From Candidatus Latescibacterota bacterium (GTDB lineage: Bacteria > Latescibacterota > UBA2968 > UBA8231): a DNA stretch of 64,000 nt. Location: assembly GCA_965248265.1 (NCBI GenBank), contig CBDFJF010000002.1, forward strand, positions 4,077,829-4,141,828, read 5' to 3'. Numbering within the stretch: position 1 is the first letter of the stretch; each line of letters begins with the position of its first letter. Under the pieces are notes generated by a model, which was given only the letters and a program-made list of their open reading frames with translations, did not search any database and was not told where the DNA came from. The translations under genes and the position numbers were made by a program. Below, piece after piece: positions 29,378 through 39,879 of this stretch.

Positions 29378-30163
29378 TCACTTGTCCTGCAAGCCCAACC
29401 CCGCGTCGTCCATCAAAACCCGCACACTGTCGGGATTGGTCGTCTCCGTTCCCTCGTACTTGACGCGGATGACGACCCGGCGGTTGAGACTGCGATTTTC
29501 GTATGAGTCGTTGTCAACATCTTCCTTGAGGGGCTTGAATTCACCGTACCCCATCGCCGCCAACCGCTTGCGCTCGATACCGATGTCGTCGGCGAAAATG
29601 TCCAACACCTGTAAAGCTCTCGCGCTGGATAACCAATGGTTGTTCGCGAAGTCATCATTTTCGATCGGCACGTTATCCGTGTGACCCTCAATCTCGATGC
29701 TGTTTTCCGGCAATCGATTCAACACCGAGCCGATACGAAAGATCAGCGATCTGGATTCGTCCTTGATATCGGCCTTGCCCACGTCGAAGAGCATATGATC
29801 CTTCATACGGATGACGATTCCTTCGGGACCCTGCGTGACTTCCACGTTTTCCTGCTGTCCCTGGGCCTCGATCTCCTTCTCGATTTCCGCCTTGGCGTCC
29901 TTCATCGTGGGACGCGCCTCGGTGATATCGCCCTTGACGATCGGCATGAACATCTTGATCGGTGCCGACAAAATTGGATCGCCGTCGAGTACCCCGAGCG
30001 CACCCTGCAGCGAGCCGATCGCGTTCTCGAAGTCCTCCTGACTCGTGGTCGAGAACGACAGCAACAGCACGAAGAAGGTCAGCAGCAGTGCCATCAGATC
30101 TCCGAATGTCGTCAACCACGACGGTAACTCTGGACAATCGGGACATTTTTTTTCCTTTGCCAT
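29378..30163 (-). CDS. motB: Flagellar stator MotB
   Basis: WLTTFGDLMALLLTFFVLL TM with the conserved Asp; OmpA-like IEGHTDN..N..LSSARA..NRRV. Confidence 0.95.
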   Translation of the reverse strand: MAKEKKCPDCPELPSWLTTFGDLMALLLTFFVLLLSFSTTSQEDFENAIGSLQGALGVLDGDPILSAPIKMFMPIVKGDITEARPTMKDAKAEIEKEIEAQGQQENVEVTQGPEGIVIRMKDHMLFDVGKADIKDESRSLIFRIGSVLNRLPENSIEIEGHTDNVPIENDDFANNHWLSSARALQVLDIFADDIGIERKRLAAMGYGEFKPLKEDVDNDSYENRSLNRRVVIRVKYEGTETTNPDSVRVLMDDAGLGLQDK

Positions 30164-30197
30164 GGCTCGTCAATCAACCCGCGTCTATGACAACGAC

Positions 30198-30971
30198 CTA
30201 GGCCGCCTCACGGCTCTCATCGCCGCTTGGACGCATTTTCGGCGACAGGAAGACCGACAATTTGTGCTCCACGATTCTGGGATTGTCGCCTGACTGGATC
30301 GACATGATGCCTTCGATAATCATGCGCTTCGAGAGAACTTCCTTCTGCGAATAGGTCTTCAGCTTCGCGGCGACCGGGCCGAAGGCGATGTTGGCAATGA
30401 TGGCTCCGTACATCGTCGTCAGCAGGGCGATCGCCATACCGGGACCGATCGCCGCCGGATCGTCCATGTTCTTGAGCATGATGACGAGTCCGATAAGCGT
30501 TCCGATCATGCCGAAGGCGGGGGCCGCGTTTCCCATGTTGGCGATGATTTCCTGACCCATCTTGTGGCGCTCCTCGATGAACTGCAGTTCCGTTTCCAGG
30601 ATGTCCATGATTAGGTCGGGCTCGGTGCCATCGACGGCGAGGCGCACGCCCTGACTGAGAAAGGTGTCATCGCCGTCTTCGATTGCCTGCTCGAGAGCCA
30701 GGATGCCTTCCCGGCGGGCGGTTTCGGCGAACCCCACGATGCGCTCGATCAGCTCAGTCGGCACCGGAACGCTGGTGATAATCGCATTCTTGTAGACCCC
30801 GACCAGGTTGACGACCTCCTGCAATGGATTGGCGATCAGGGCCGTAGCCAGCGTACCCCCAACGACGATGATCATCGAGGGTGGATCGATCATCGAGGGC
30901 AGATTGCTGCCAATGCCTACCATCAAGCAGGTAGCCGCCGCGATGAATCCGACGATTGTTGCGATATCCAT
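30198..30971 (-). CDS. motA: Flagellar stator MotA/PomA
   Basis: ARREGILALE; APAFGMIGTLIGLV; ALLTTMYG; GDNPR. Confidence 0.96.
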   Translation of the reverse strand: MDIATIVGFIAAATCLMVGIGSNLPSMIDPPSMIIVVGGTLATALIANPLQEVVNLVGVYKNAIITSVPVPTELIERIVGFAETARREGILALEQAIEDGDDTFLSQGVRLAVDGTEPDLIMDILETELQFIEERHKMGQEIIANMGNAAPAFGMIGTLIGLVIMLKNMDDPAAIGPGMAIALLTTMYGAIIANIAFGPVAAKLKTYSQKEVLSKRMIIEGIMSIQSGDNPRIVEHKLSVFLSPKMRPSGDESREAA

Positions 30972-30992
30972 ATCCGTTTACTCCTGTATCCT

Positions 30993-31202
30993 CTACCGAA
31001 CGCCGCTGAAAATCGTCTGGGCGCAGCTTCTCTTGTACTCGACAACGAGCTCGATAACCTCGTCCACGGGCTCCATGACCATGATTTTCTTCCCCGACTG
31101 CAGACTGATCAAGGTATCCGGTGTCGCCTCGACGAACTCAATCATCTCGGCATTAATGACCATGTCCTTATCATTCAACCGAGTCAGCTTTATCATGTCC
31201 AA
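30993..31202 (-). CDS. flbD: Flagellar FlbD family protein
   Basis: MIKLTRLND..VINAEMIEFVEATPDTLISL.SGKKIMV.E; lies between flgE and motA. Confidence 0.92.
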   Translation of the reverse strand: MDMIKLTRLNDKDMVINAEMIEFVEATPDTLISLQSGKKIMVMEPVDEVIELVVEYKRSCAQTIFSGVR

Positions 31203-31303
31203 TCCCTTCAGGCGTCAAGATCGACGTATCTAACCTACCAGACTTATCTGACCTACCAAAAGTACCCCGTACCACCGCGTAGGAGTTGCGTAAGCAACTC
31301 CGA

Positions 31304-31327
31304 AAGAGTCGCCCAAAGCGACTCTTC
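31304..31327 (-). terminator. Hairpin downstream of flgE
   Basis: AAGAGTCGC-ccaaa-GCGACTCTT inverted repeat, ending in a short T run on the minus strand. Confidence 0.5.
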
Positions 31328-31381
31328 AATATACCTTTATACGTTCAGCTTGCCTATCAGTGCCTCAAGTCGACCGACCTA

Positions 31382-33346
31382 CTACCGTTTCAAGTTCACC
31401 AGTTCACTCATCAGCTCATCCGAGGTGGTGATACTGCGCGCGCTGGCTTGAAAACCTCGCTGGCTGACGATCATGTTCGTGAACTCTTCGGCCAGATCGA
31501 CGTTTGACAGTTCGATGGCCCCCGACCGGATGCTTCCCTGCACCGTCGTCTCGGCAGCCCCTACCACGGGCTGTCCCGAGGATTCGGTCTGCAGAAACAG
31601 GTTTTGAGCCCCGCGCTTGAGCCCTCCACTATTGCTGAAAGCTGCCAGCGAAACACGTCCGAGGACCTGAGAGTCACCGTTCGTGAAGGTGCCGCGAATG
31701 CCACCGTCACCCTCCACGTTGATCGACACCAGACTGCCTGCGGCTCGACCATCCTGCTCTCGCACGGCCATCGATGACGGTGCCACGAATTGTGTCAATC
31801 CACCGAGCCTACCTGTACCGGTGGCCCCGATGTCGATGGTGATGTTGGGCGTACCGTCCCCCGGCGTGAACTGCAGGGCTGCCTGGTCAGAGGAATCGAA
31901 CGACTTCAGGGTGCCATCCTCGTTGAAAACCGCTTTGCCCTCGTTGCCTGCCTGGGGCGTGACGCCATTCACCGAAGCCACCCAGGACCACTCGTTGGCG
32001 ACAACGCTCTTGGTAAAGGTGAGGGTGAGCGAGTGCGTATCGCCCTTCTGGTCGAAGACCTGGGTGTTGGTGCTGAATTCGGCCAGAGGATTGCTGCCGA
32101 ACAACCCCGAGCCTACGGCGTCGGCGTCGAGGAGCGAAAAGTTGATGTCGAATCCGACAACGCTGTCCTGGGTCTCTGCATCCGTCAGGCTAAGGCGTCC
32201 CGTTTGCGGATCGATGCCCGCGTTAACACCGCCGTACGCAGACTGAACCACATCCAGCAAATCTCTGACGGTATCGGCGCTGTTGGCCTGGAACTCGAAG
32301 TTCCCGTCAAAACGCTCTCCGGTCGGCTTGGTGCCGGAGAAGCGAACGATGTCGCCGGGCGTCAGATCAGCTCCTACGTTGGCCAGGTCATTGAGCAGGA
32401 TGCTGTCAGCGGCATCAGCGCCGGTATTCTGACCCTGCCCGAATCCCAGCCGCGAAACCACATCGATGGTTGGGTCGGCATTGTCGATGGACAGGCTGAC
32501 GTTGGCGCCTCCCTCCTTGGTGCGCAACTGCAGCTGTCCGAGATCGTTGAACTTGAACAGCACGTTACCCTTGAGCGAGTCGTTCAGGTTGACTTGCGAA
32601 TTGAGCTTGCTGGTGAGCTGCTCCAGATCGGCAAACGGTGTGGTTGTCGGAATCGTCAGGGTGCTGGCGATGTCCTGGCCGCCCTCTGACACCGTCACCG
32701 AGAGACCCACCGAGTCCCCGAGGTCGGAAAGATCCAGCGGCAACGCGGGATTGCTCGCGACGATGGCCGGCAAGCCAAACTGAGTCGTCGCCGTCCACAC
32801 CTGTGCCGAGCCTCCAACATCCAGGTTCCCCGACAGCTCGATGGACGTCGTCGCCAGGGCTTTCGATTCGCGATCGAGCGGAACGATCAGGTTCTCGACT
32901 TCAGACTTGAAGCTGCCATCTTCGTTGGCCAGGTTGCCCTGCACCACCAACCCAGAGCCCGGATCGGTCAACTGACCGGTTGAATCGAAAGCGAAGGTGC
33001 CATCGCGGGTGTAGAAATCGGTGATGCCGTCGCTGAGAACGAACATGCCGTCCCCTTCGATGGCCAGGTCCGTGTCGATGCCGGTCGTCTGCAGTGTTCC
33101 CTGACGCTGGACGGTGTCGATGCTGGCCACCTGAACGCCCAGCCCGGTCTGCTTGGGATTGGTGGCGGCGATCTGCCCGCGTGCCGCCGTGCCTTCGCTG
33201 AGGGTCTGTGACATCACGTCGGAAAACGCGACCCGGCCCGATTTGTAACCCGTGGTGTTGATGTTGGCCACGTTGTTGGCAATCACGTCTATCCGCGTCT
33301 GATGGCTCTTGACGCCTGTGATGCCGGTGTAGATTGAATCAATCAT
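31382..33346 (-). CDS. flgE: Flagellar hook protein FlgE (long form, 654 aa)
   Basis: IDVIANNVANINTTGYK, DLAIEGDGMF, YTRDG; C-terminal IELSNVDLAEEFTNMIVSQRGFQASARSITTSDE. Confidence 0.95.
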   Translation of the reverse strand: MIDSIYTGITGVKSHQTRIDVIANNVANINTTGYKSGRVAFSDVMSQTLSEGTAARGQIAATNPKQTGLGVQVASIDTVQRQGTLQTTGIDTDLAIEGDGMFVLSDGITDFYTRDGTFAFDSTGQLTDPGSGLVVQGNLANEDGSFKSEVENLIVPLDRESKALATTSIELSGNLDVGGSAQVWTATTQFGLPAIVASNPALPLDLSDLGDSVGLSVTVSEGGQDIASTLTIPTTTPFADLEQLTSKLNSQVNLNDSLKGNVLFKFNDLGQLQLRTKEGGANVSLSIDNADPTIDVVSRLGFGQGQNTGADAADSILLNDLANVGADLTPGDIVRFSGTKPTGERFDGNFEFQANSADTVRDLLDVVQSAYGGVNAGIDPQTGRLSLTDAETQDSVVGFDINFSLLDADAVGSGLFGSNPLAEFSTNTQVFDQKGDTHSLTLTFTKSVVANEWSWVASVNGVTPQAGNEGKAVFNEDGTLKSFDSSDQAALQFTPGDGTPNITIDIGATGTGRLGGLTQFVAPSSMAVREQDGRAAGSLVSINVEGDGGIRGTFTNGDSQVLGRVSLAAFSNSGGLKRGAQNLFLQTESSGQPVVGAAETTVQGSIRSGAIELSNVDLAEEFTNMIVSQRGFQASARSITTSDELMSELVNLKR

Positions 33347-33470
33347 CGGATAATACTCCCCTTAACAAACTCAATTCCCGTCCCGTTGGGTACGTTGCCC
33401 GCTACCCCCTCCCCTGGGGGTTTCCATGGCGATGAATACCGTCCCTGACCCTGCGTCAAAAAGTTAAGAC

Positions 33471-34151
33471 CTAGTCTGTTGCCAGGACTCCTGCGAGATC
33501 CTGAATCGTGAGCTCTCTGCCGTCTGCCCAGAGTCGGGCGGACTCTCCGTCGTAGCGAACCGCGTCAACGCGCACACCCTTCAGTGCGTCACCTTTTACC
33601 GGTTGACCGGATGCATCTTCGGCCAGCACGAGCACCCGGTAAGCCCCTTCTGGAACCTCGGTGTCGAAACGGCTACGGCCGTCCCACTCGATGAAACCGT
33701 GTTTGCTGCCTCCGCTCGAAATGTCGAGCGCGAATTCCTTCACCAGCTGGTTGCGCCCGTCGAGGATCTGCATGCGCGCCGAACGCGCAGCATCTCCAAC
33801 TTTGTAGTTGACGGTCGTGATCTTATCACCATCGTAATCCACCTCGACCGTCGGAACCTCAACCGTTTTGCCGACCAGGGAGGTGATCAGGTTGCTCTGG
33901 AAAGCAGCGCTCAATTGATCATCGGAACCCAAGTTTCTGTCGAGTGACCGGTTCATGTTCTGGAGCTGCTCCAGCGAACTGAACTGGGCCAACTGGGCGA
34001 TGAAATCTGTGTCCTGCATCGGATTCAACGGATCCTGGAACTTGAGCTGAACCGTCAACAGCTGCAGAAAATCCTCCTTACCCAGCTCCGTGTTCTTTTT
34101 CGCTTCGGGAGCGCGTCCCGTCAGCGGGCTGTCGATATTGTTTATCAGCAT
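33471..34151 (-). CDS. flgD: Hook capping protein FlgD
   Basis: LGKEDFLQLLTVQLKFQDPLNPM..FIAQLAQFSSLEQ; Ig domain WDGR...GAY. Confidence 0.95.
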   Translation of the reverse strand: MLINNIDSPLTGRAPEAKKNTELGKEDFLQLLTVQLKFQDPLNPMQDTDFIAQLAQFSSLEQLQNMNRSLDRNLGSDDQLSAAFQSNLITSLVGKTVEVPTVEVDYDGDKITTVNYKVGDAARSARMQILDGRNQLVKEFALDISSGGSKHGFIEWDGRSRFDTEVPEGAYRVLVLAEDASGQPVKGDALKGVRVDAVRYDGESARLWADGRELTIQDLAGVLATD

Positions 34152-34170
34152 GGGTTCCTGAGCTCCTTGA

Positions 34171-35373
34171 TCAGGCGACGAGGTTGACTTCGTGGTCGCC
34201 AGTCAGCGTCAGGTCAGATGCCATGACGCCATCATCGTTGTTGGCTACCGCTGCTGGAGTGTTGGCGGTCTCCCGTCCTGTTCGGGAATCACCACGGTCC
34301 TGACTGTCCTGGCCCCAACCATCGCCAGCGTGTTCGAACGGCGGACGGTCGGCCACCTCGATATCAAAGCCCTCGAGTTCAAACCCCTGCTGCGCTAACG
34401 CCACGCGCAGGCGGTCGATCTGAGATTCTAGCAGTTGCTTGACCTCCGTGCTCTGCACGGTGATCTCGCCGCGAACGATGCCTTCCAGCGCTCTCACCCT
34501 CAGTTCGATCTCGCCCAGATCCTTGGGCTGCAGCTGCAGGCGCATTTCAGAAACACCGTTGCCTCGCATCAACGCGACGAGCCCGCGCACCACCTGCGGC
34601 GCGACGATCTCCCCAGCATCATCCAGGGCGGCGGTATTGCCGGTACTCAGAGCCTGCTGCAAGCGCTCCATGAGATCGTCACCGGCCTCGATCTGAATCT
34701 CGGGATCCATCAACTCCTGGAAATTGAGTAGCTCCAGCCCGTTCTTTCCGCCCTCAACACTCTGGGCGGGATCGAGCTGTAACCCGTCGGCGCGTCCCTG
34801 CAGGAACTGGAGAGAGACATCCTCGAGACGTTGGCCTTCGCCTGCCGGCTTGGAGCCGCCGGTTGCCGAATCCCTGGAGGTTGCCAGCAGGCGATCGAAC
34901 GCTGAGAGCTCGCTCGTCTCGTCCACGTCAGCATGCTCTTCCGTGAATTCCTCCTGGATCAGTCCACTCAGATTGGCCAGCAGACCGAAATCCGTGGCCT
35001 GATCATCGTTCTGGCCAGCAGCAATGGCATCCGCTCGAACGGCATCCTCGAGGTAACGGTTTTCCTCAGAAGCCTCAGCCGTCTCGTCCGAGCGCGCGCC
35101 ACGGTTAGACCTCAAAGGCTGGAATACCGGTTTGTCTTTCTGCGGTCCTTCGGATTCTTCTGCTTCCTTGCGCTGCAGCAATTCCGTTCGCTCCAGGCTG
35201 CTCTGACGCAGGATCAAATCGAAAGATCCCCCGCTTTTGCGCGAACCTGGTCCGTCATTACGTCCCTGTGCCCGGTAAATATTGCCTCCCCCTCCACGCC
35301 CCAGACCCGGCTTGTTCAGCTCGTTGTGTGTACCCGATGATGTGGAGAAAATGAGCTGTCCTTGTCCTGACAT
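34171..35373 (-). CDS. fliK: Hook-length control protein FliK
   Basis: Low-complexity N-terminus; C-terminal MRLQLQPKDLGEIELRV...LLESQIDRLRVALAQQG; ATG 35373 directly after fliJ. Confidence 0.88.
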   Translation of the reverse strand: MSGQGQLIFSTSSGTHNELNKPGLGRGGGGNIYRAQGRNDGPGSRKSGGSFDLILRQSSLERTELLQRKEAEESEGPQKDKPVFQPLRSNRGARSDETAEASEENRYLEDAVRADAIAAGQNDDQATDFGLLANLSGLIQEEFTEEHADVDETSELSAFDRLLATSRDSATGGSKPAGEGQRLEDVSLQFLQGRADGLQLDPAQSVEGGKNGLELLNFQELMDPEIQIEAGDDLMERLQQALSTGNTAALDDAGEIVAPQVVRGLVALMRGNGVSEMRLQLQPKDLGEIELRVRALEGIVRGEITVQSTEVKQLLESQIDRLRVALAQQGFELEGFDIEVADRPPFEHAGDGWGQDSQDRGDSRTGRETANTPAAVANNDDGVMASDLTLTGDHEVNLVA

Positions 35374-35374
35374 G

Positions 35375-35845
35375 CTAGGTTCCTCTCGCCTCCATCGGTT
35401 GATCATCCTTGCGTAAGTGAATCTGCTTGCCCGCTTCGTCAAGCAAAATGCGCTCCTGCCGGCGCTGTTCGCGCCGATATTCTGTCGCAACCCGGTCTTT
35501 CAAGACCTCAAAAACCCGTCTTTCTTTGGTTGATTCGATCAATTCACACCGCCGTTCATCGACCACGACCTCTGCCTGGTTCACTCGCTGTTGCTGCTCC
35601 AGCATCTCGCGCTCGAGCCGTTGTCCGTACTCGAAGCCCAGCAGCATCATGGACGTGCCACCCGGCATCTGCGCTCGCTGGTCGGATGCAGTGCCACTGG
35701 CAACCCTGAGCTGGCCGATGCCGGCCAGTTGCTGTTTTTCATGCTCCAACGCGGCCACCGATTGACCCAGGGCGGCCTTCCGCGCTTCCTCCACGCGCTC
35801 CTTCAACTCGAGAATTCGCTGGAAGCGAAAGTGCATCCGTCGCAT
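35375..35845 (-). CDS. fliJ: Flagellar export chaperone FliJ
   Basis: FRFQRILELKERVEE...KERRVFEVLK...EQ...LDE; follows fliI. Confidence 0.88.
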   Translation of the reverse strand: MRRMHFRFQRILELKERVEEARKAALGQSVAALEHEKQQLAGIGQLRVASGTASDQRAQMPGGTSMMLLGFEYGQRLEREMLEQQQRVNQAEVVVDERRCELIESTKERRVFEVLKDRVATEYRREQRRQERILLDEAGKQIHLRKDDQPMEARGT

Positions 35846-35858
35846 GGAGTGAGCCTAC

Positions 35859-37196
35859 CTACACTTCCTCGTCGGTAGCGACGGGTGCCTGGTCGTTCAC
35901 TATGGCCATCAATCCTTCTACGTTCTCCTGCAATGCCCCGGTCTCGGTCGTACTCTGCCGCAGGAACTCGTTGATCGGCTCGATGAACTGTATCGCGCGG
36001 TCGATGCGCGGATTGCTGCCCGCGGCATAGGCGCCAATACTTATGAGATCTTCTGCTTCGTTGTAAGCTGCCAGGAGAGACTTGATATCCATCGCCAGCT
36101 CCCAGTGCGATTCCTCGATGACATCCTTCATGGAGCGGCTTATGCTCTCGTTGACGTCGATCGGCGGGTAATGGCCCCGGGCGGCCAACCTGCGTTCCAG
36201 CACCAGGTGGCCGTCGAGGATAGCCCGTGAGGAGTCGGCGATCGGATCGTCCATGTCGTCTCCTTCAACGAGAACGGTGTAAAGTCCCGTGATGGAACCG
36301 GTTTCAGTGCTGCCGACGCGTTCCAGGAGTCGTGGCATCAGCGCGAACACAGACGGCGTGTAACCTTTGGTCGTGGGAGGCTCACCGGCTGCCAGGCCTA
36401 TCTCCCGCTGAGCCATGGCCACGCGCGTGAGCGAATCCATCATCAACATCACGTCCTTGCCCTGATCACGGAAATACTCCGCCACGGTTGTGGCCACGAA
36501 TGCTGCCTTCAATCTGACCAGAGCGGGCTGTTCGGAGGTCGACACGATCACGACGGAGCGGCGCAGACCATCCTCGCCCAGATTCTCCTCGATGAAGTCC
36601 AGCACCTCCTTGCCGCGCTCGCCTACCAGAGCGATGACGTTGACGTCTGCCTCGGAATGCTTGGCGATCATGCCCAACAGGGTACTCTTGCCGACACCGC
36701 TGCCCGCATAGATGCCCATGCGCTGCCCCCTGCCGCAGGTGACCATACCGTCGATGGCACGGACGCCGGTGCCGATACCCTCCATGACCCGTCGCCGTTG
36801 AAGCGGATGAGGAGCCTCGTTGTTTAACGCTCGTTCTTCCGGAGCATGGATGTCACCCCCACCATCGATGGGCTCGCCCAACCCGTTCAGTACGCGCCCG
36901 CGCAACGCCTCTCCGACCGGAATCCGCAATGGAGATCGCGTGGGAAATACGGTCGTACCCGGGGTAATGCCTTCGATCGGCCCCAGCGGCATCAGCAGCA
37001 CTCGGTTGTCTCTGAACCCGACCACCTCGGCACGGATGTGCTCTTCCGTGGGATCGCCCAGAACGCACAGTTCGCCCAGCGCCACTTCCGACGGCCCGGA
37101 CGACTCAACGATCAAACCGACGATGCGAACCACTTTGCCATAGCGAGTGATTGGATCGACTTGACGGACCAGTTCTTTTAATGCCGCCGCGTTCAC
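35859..37196 (-). CDS. fliI: Flagellar export ATPase FliI
   Basis: GQRMGIYAGSGVGKSTLL, ALVGERGKEV, MDSLTRVAMAQREIGLAAGEPP. Confidence 0.97.
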   Translation of the reverse strand: MNAAALKELVRQVDPITRYGKVVRIVGLIVESSGPSEVALGELCVLGDPTEEHIRAEVVGFRDNRVLLMPLGPIEGITPGTTVFPTRSPLRIPVGEALRGRVLNGLGEPIDGGGDIHAPEERALNNEAPHPLQRRRVMEGIGTGVRAIDGMVTCGRGQRMGIYAGSGVGKSTLLGMIAKHSEADVNVIALVGERGKEVLDFIEENLGEDGLRRSVVIVSTSEQPALVRLKAAFVATTVAEYFRDQGKDVMLMMDSLTRVAMAQREIGLAAGEPPTTKGYTPSVFALMPRLLERVGSTETGSITGLYTVLVEGDDMDDPIADSSRAILDGHLVLERRLAARGHYPPIDVNESISRSMKDVIEESHWELAMDIKSLLAAYNEAEDLISIGAYAAGSNPRIDRAIQFIEPINEFLRQSTTETGALQENVEGLMAIVNDQAPVATDEEV

Positions 37197-38125
37197 GATT
37201 CGTTTTCCGTCGAGTCGTCAACGTCGGTATCCGTATTCACATTCACATCCTCATCCTCTGGTGCAGCGGCCATGTCATCCGCTGTGTCTGCGATTCCGGT
37301 CAACTCGCCGCCGCTTGCATCCTCAGTCGAGGGTGGTTCGTCCGGCGACGGTTCAAGATTTTCCTCGAATACTTCCGCCCTTAACGCTTGGCGCAGAATA
37401 TCGAATTGCTCCTCGAGTCGGGCGTCAACACTCTCTTCCGAGCCCTCGATCATGCAACCGCCGCGCTCTACATGATCGCTGACTTCAACCTTGAAGATGG
37501 CGCCGGTGGAAACCTTTTCGACCCACTTGGCTGAAAACTTGCGCGCCACCTGGAGATCGTCCTCGTGGACTTTGATGACCAGGTCACTGCGCGCGCTCAG
37601 ATGCTCCAGCGCGGAACGTATGACCCGGGCGACGATCGTCGGCTCCAATTCCGCCTGCACGCCGGTAACCTTGTGTGCCATGGATGCGGACAGATCGACA
37701 ACCAGCGCTTCCGATTCGATCATCACCTGCCGGCGCAGTTGTACCAGCGATTCGTGCAGCACATCGAGGCGTGTTACAGCATCGCGGGCTTCGTCCTCCT
37801 TGGATTTGACACCATCCTGGTGTCCCTCCTCATACCGTTGCTGATGGATCTGCTCAACCTCAGCACGATGCTTCTCTTCGGCTTCCGCCATCTGCCGTTG
37901 CGCCGCGGCCTTCATGGTCTCGTGCTCGTCGCGCAGGCGCCCTTCCCACTCCTTGATGAGCTCGTCACGCACCTGTTGTAGGCGCGCTTCGAACAGCGAG
38001 GAAAAGTCCGCTACGGCGACATCCTCGTCACCCTCCGGCTGATTGGCCAGATAGAGATTGGACTCATCCTTACCCAGGATGACTGCTTGGCCTCCAACCC
38101 GGGCGGTGCGAATCACCTTGGACAC
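37193..38125 (-). CDS. fliH: Flagellar export protein FliH
   Basis: MSKVIR N-terminus, YEEGHQDG, C-terminal VERGGCMIE...VDARLEEQF; overlaps the fliI start. Confidence 0.88.
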   Translation of the reverse strand: MSKVIRTARVGGQAVILGKDESNLYLANQPEGDEDVAVADFSSLFEARLQQVRDELIKEWEGRLRDEHETMKAAAQRQMAEAEEKHRAEVEQIHQQRYEEGHQDGVKSKEDEARDAVTRLDVLHESLVQLRRQVMIESEALVVDLSASMAHKVTGVQAELEPTIVARVIRSALEHLSARSDLVIKVHEDDLQVARKFSAKWVEKVSTGAIFKVEVSDHVERGGCMIEGSEESVDARLEEQFDILRQALRAEVFEENLEPSPDEPPSTEDASGGELTGIADTADDMAAAPEDEDVNVNTDTDVDDSTENES

Positions 38126-38279
38126 AAGTGACTACCTCCTATCACCGAGATCGCCATGGACCCGGTGCTGTATGAGTGTGGTTCCATCCACTGATCCCTT
38201 CCATTGGAATGTACTCATCCAAAGCAGTCAGTCGCCCGCGCGCTTACTCGATTCGGCAGCGGGCAATCGTCAGCCCCCG

Positions 38280-39797
38280 TCAAGCGGTGTCCTCGACCAG
38301 CATGGTACGGATGAGCTTGGCCGCATCTTCGGGCCGTTCACGCACCATCTGCTGAACCCGGCTGAGAATGATGTCGTGCGGCGTTTCCGGCCGCTCAAAC
38401 TCCTCTTCCTCGATGTCGGATACTTCGCCCAGGACCTCGATCTCCTCCTCCACACCGACCCCGCGTCCGATGGCCTGTATGATAAAGCGCAACGTGATCA
38501 AAGCGGCCAGGATGCCGAGAACCTTGGCTACATTGATGGCAACGCCGGTCCAGAATTCGCGACGCTCCTCTGTCACCGCCGTTTCCTTGGCTTGAATCTC
38601 CTGAGACTTGTCGAAGCGCAGAGCGAAGATGGTGACCTCGTCACCACGCGTTTCGTCGAAGCCGATGGACTGCTTCGCGAGCTGCTCCAACCGCTTGATT
38701 TCCTCGTCAGCACGGTCGACTTCGCGGAACTCATTGGTCTCGACGTCATGGATGACCTTGGTCTTGTCGACGGTCAATGCCATACTGAGCTTGCTGACCA
38801 TGCCGACTGACCCGATCGTGCTTTCGATCAGGCGGTTGACTTCATAGTTGCGCACGGCGTTCTCTTCGGTGCCCTGCTCGGCCGAGTTCTTCTCATTGGT
38901 CTCTTCGCTGAGCACCACCTGGGTGGCGCCGGGCTCGACCGTGCTCGTCTCCGTCGTGCGGCGGCTGAAATCCAAGGCGACGTTGATCCGCACTTTGGAG
39001 CGGTTCTTGCCGATGACCTCATCCAGCAGCGTCTGCACCTTGGTCTGCAGCACCTGCTCCACTTTCTGCTGCTGCTCGAACTGACGGCTGGCCGCCTGTG
39101 CCAGCGGATCGACTTCCTCCGAGAGTAGATTGCCCTCGGAATCAATGATGACGACGTCTTCGAAATGCAGGCCCTCGACGCTGGCCGAAACCAGGAAGCC
39201 GATCGACTCCACCTGCCGCTTGCGCAGCTGAGAGCCGGAAGCCAGCGTCAGCGTCACTGAAGCCGTCACCGGATCCTGCTCGTCAGCGAACAGACTCTTC
39301 TCCGGCATGACCAAGTGCACGCGCGCAGCTCGCACGTCTTCGATTCTGCTTAACGTTTTTTCCAGCTCTCCCTGCAAGGCACGCCGATGGTTGACCTGCT
39401 GCAGGAAATCGGTCATCGCCAGTTGGGCCTCGTCGAAAATCTCATAGCCGATGGTTCCGGATTTCGGGTACCCGTCACCGGCCAGGGTCAGGCGCAGGTC
39501 TCGCACGTCGTCATCCGGGACCGTGATGGCCGTGGCATCCTGCGTCAACTTGTAGGGGATGCCGAGTGCCGTCAGCCTGTTGGTGATTTCAGCGGCTTCC
39601 CAGTAGTCGAGGTCGGTGTAGAGGATGGCGGCGTTCCAATCTTCGTCACCACCCGACATCGACATTACTCCGACGATGATGGCGATGACGACGGCAACCA
39701 CTCCACCGGCTGCTCCCATCTTTTGCCCTTGGGGAGCCTCCGTCCACCATTCCTTCGGTCGCTCAGTTATGCCTGTTATTTGATCTGGAATATTCAT
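38280..39797 (-). CDS. fliF: MS-ring protein FliF
   Basis: GYEIFD..LAMTDFLQQVNHRRALQGELEKT, ARVHLVMPEKSLF, ASVTL; two TMs. Confidence 0.95.
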   Translation of the reverse strand: MNIPDQITGITERPKEWWTEAPQGQKMGAAGGVVAVVIAIIVGVMSMSGGDEDWNAAILYTDLDYWEAAEITNRLTALGIPYKLTQDATAITVPDDDVRDLRLTLAGDGYPKSGTIGYEIFDEAQLAMTDFLQQVNHRRALQGELEKTLSRIEDVRAARVHLVMPEKSLFADEQDPVTASVTLTLASGSQLRKRQVESIGFLVSASVEGLHFEDVVIIDSEGNLLSEEVDPLAQAASRQFEQQQKVEQVLQTKVQTLLDEVIGKNRSKVRINVALDFSRRTTETSTVEPGATQVVLSEETNEKNSAEQGTEENAVRNYEVNRLIESTIGSVGMVSKLSMALTVDKTKVIHDVETNEFREVDRADEEIKRLEQLAKQSIGFDETRGDEVTIFALRFDKSQEIQAKETAVTEERREFWTGVAINVAKVLGILAALITLRFIIQAIGRGVGVEEEIEVLGEVSDIEEEEFERPETPHDIILSRVQQMVRERPEDAAKLIRTMLVEDTA

Positions 39798-39879
39798 GTT
39801 CGTTCCGTTCGACTCTGAGTGTTATCGACTGGTGTTTCGCCTAGTATTTCCGCCCTTGTGCTTGCCTTCTAACTACCAC

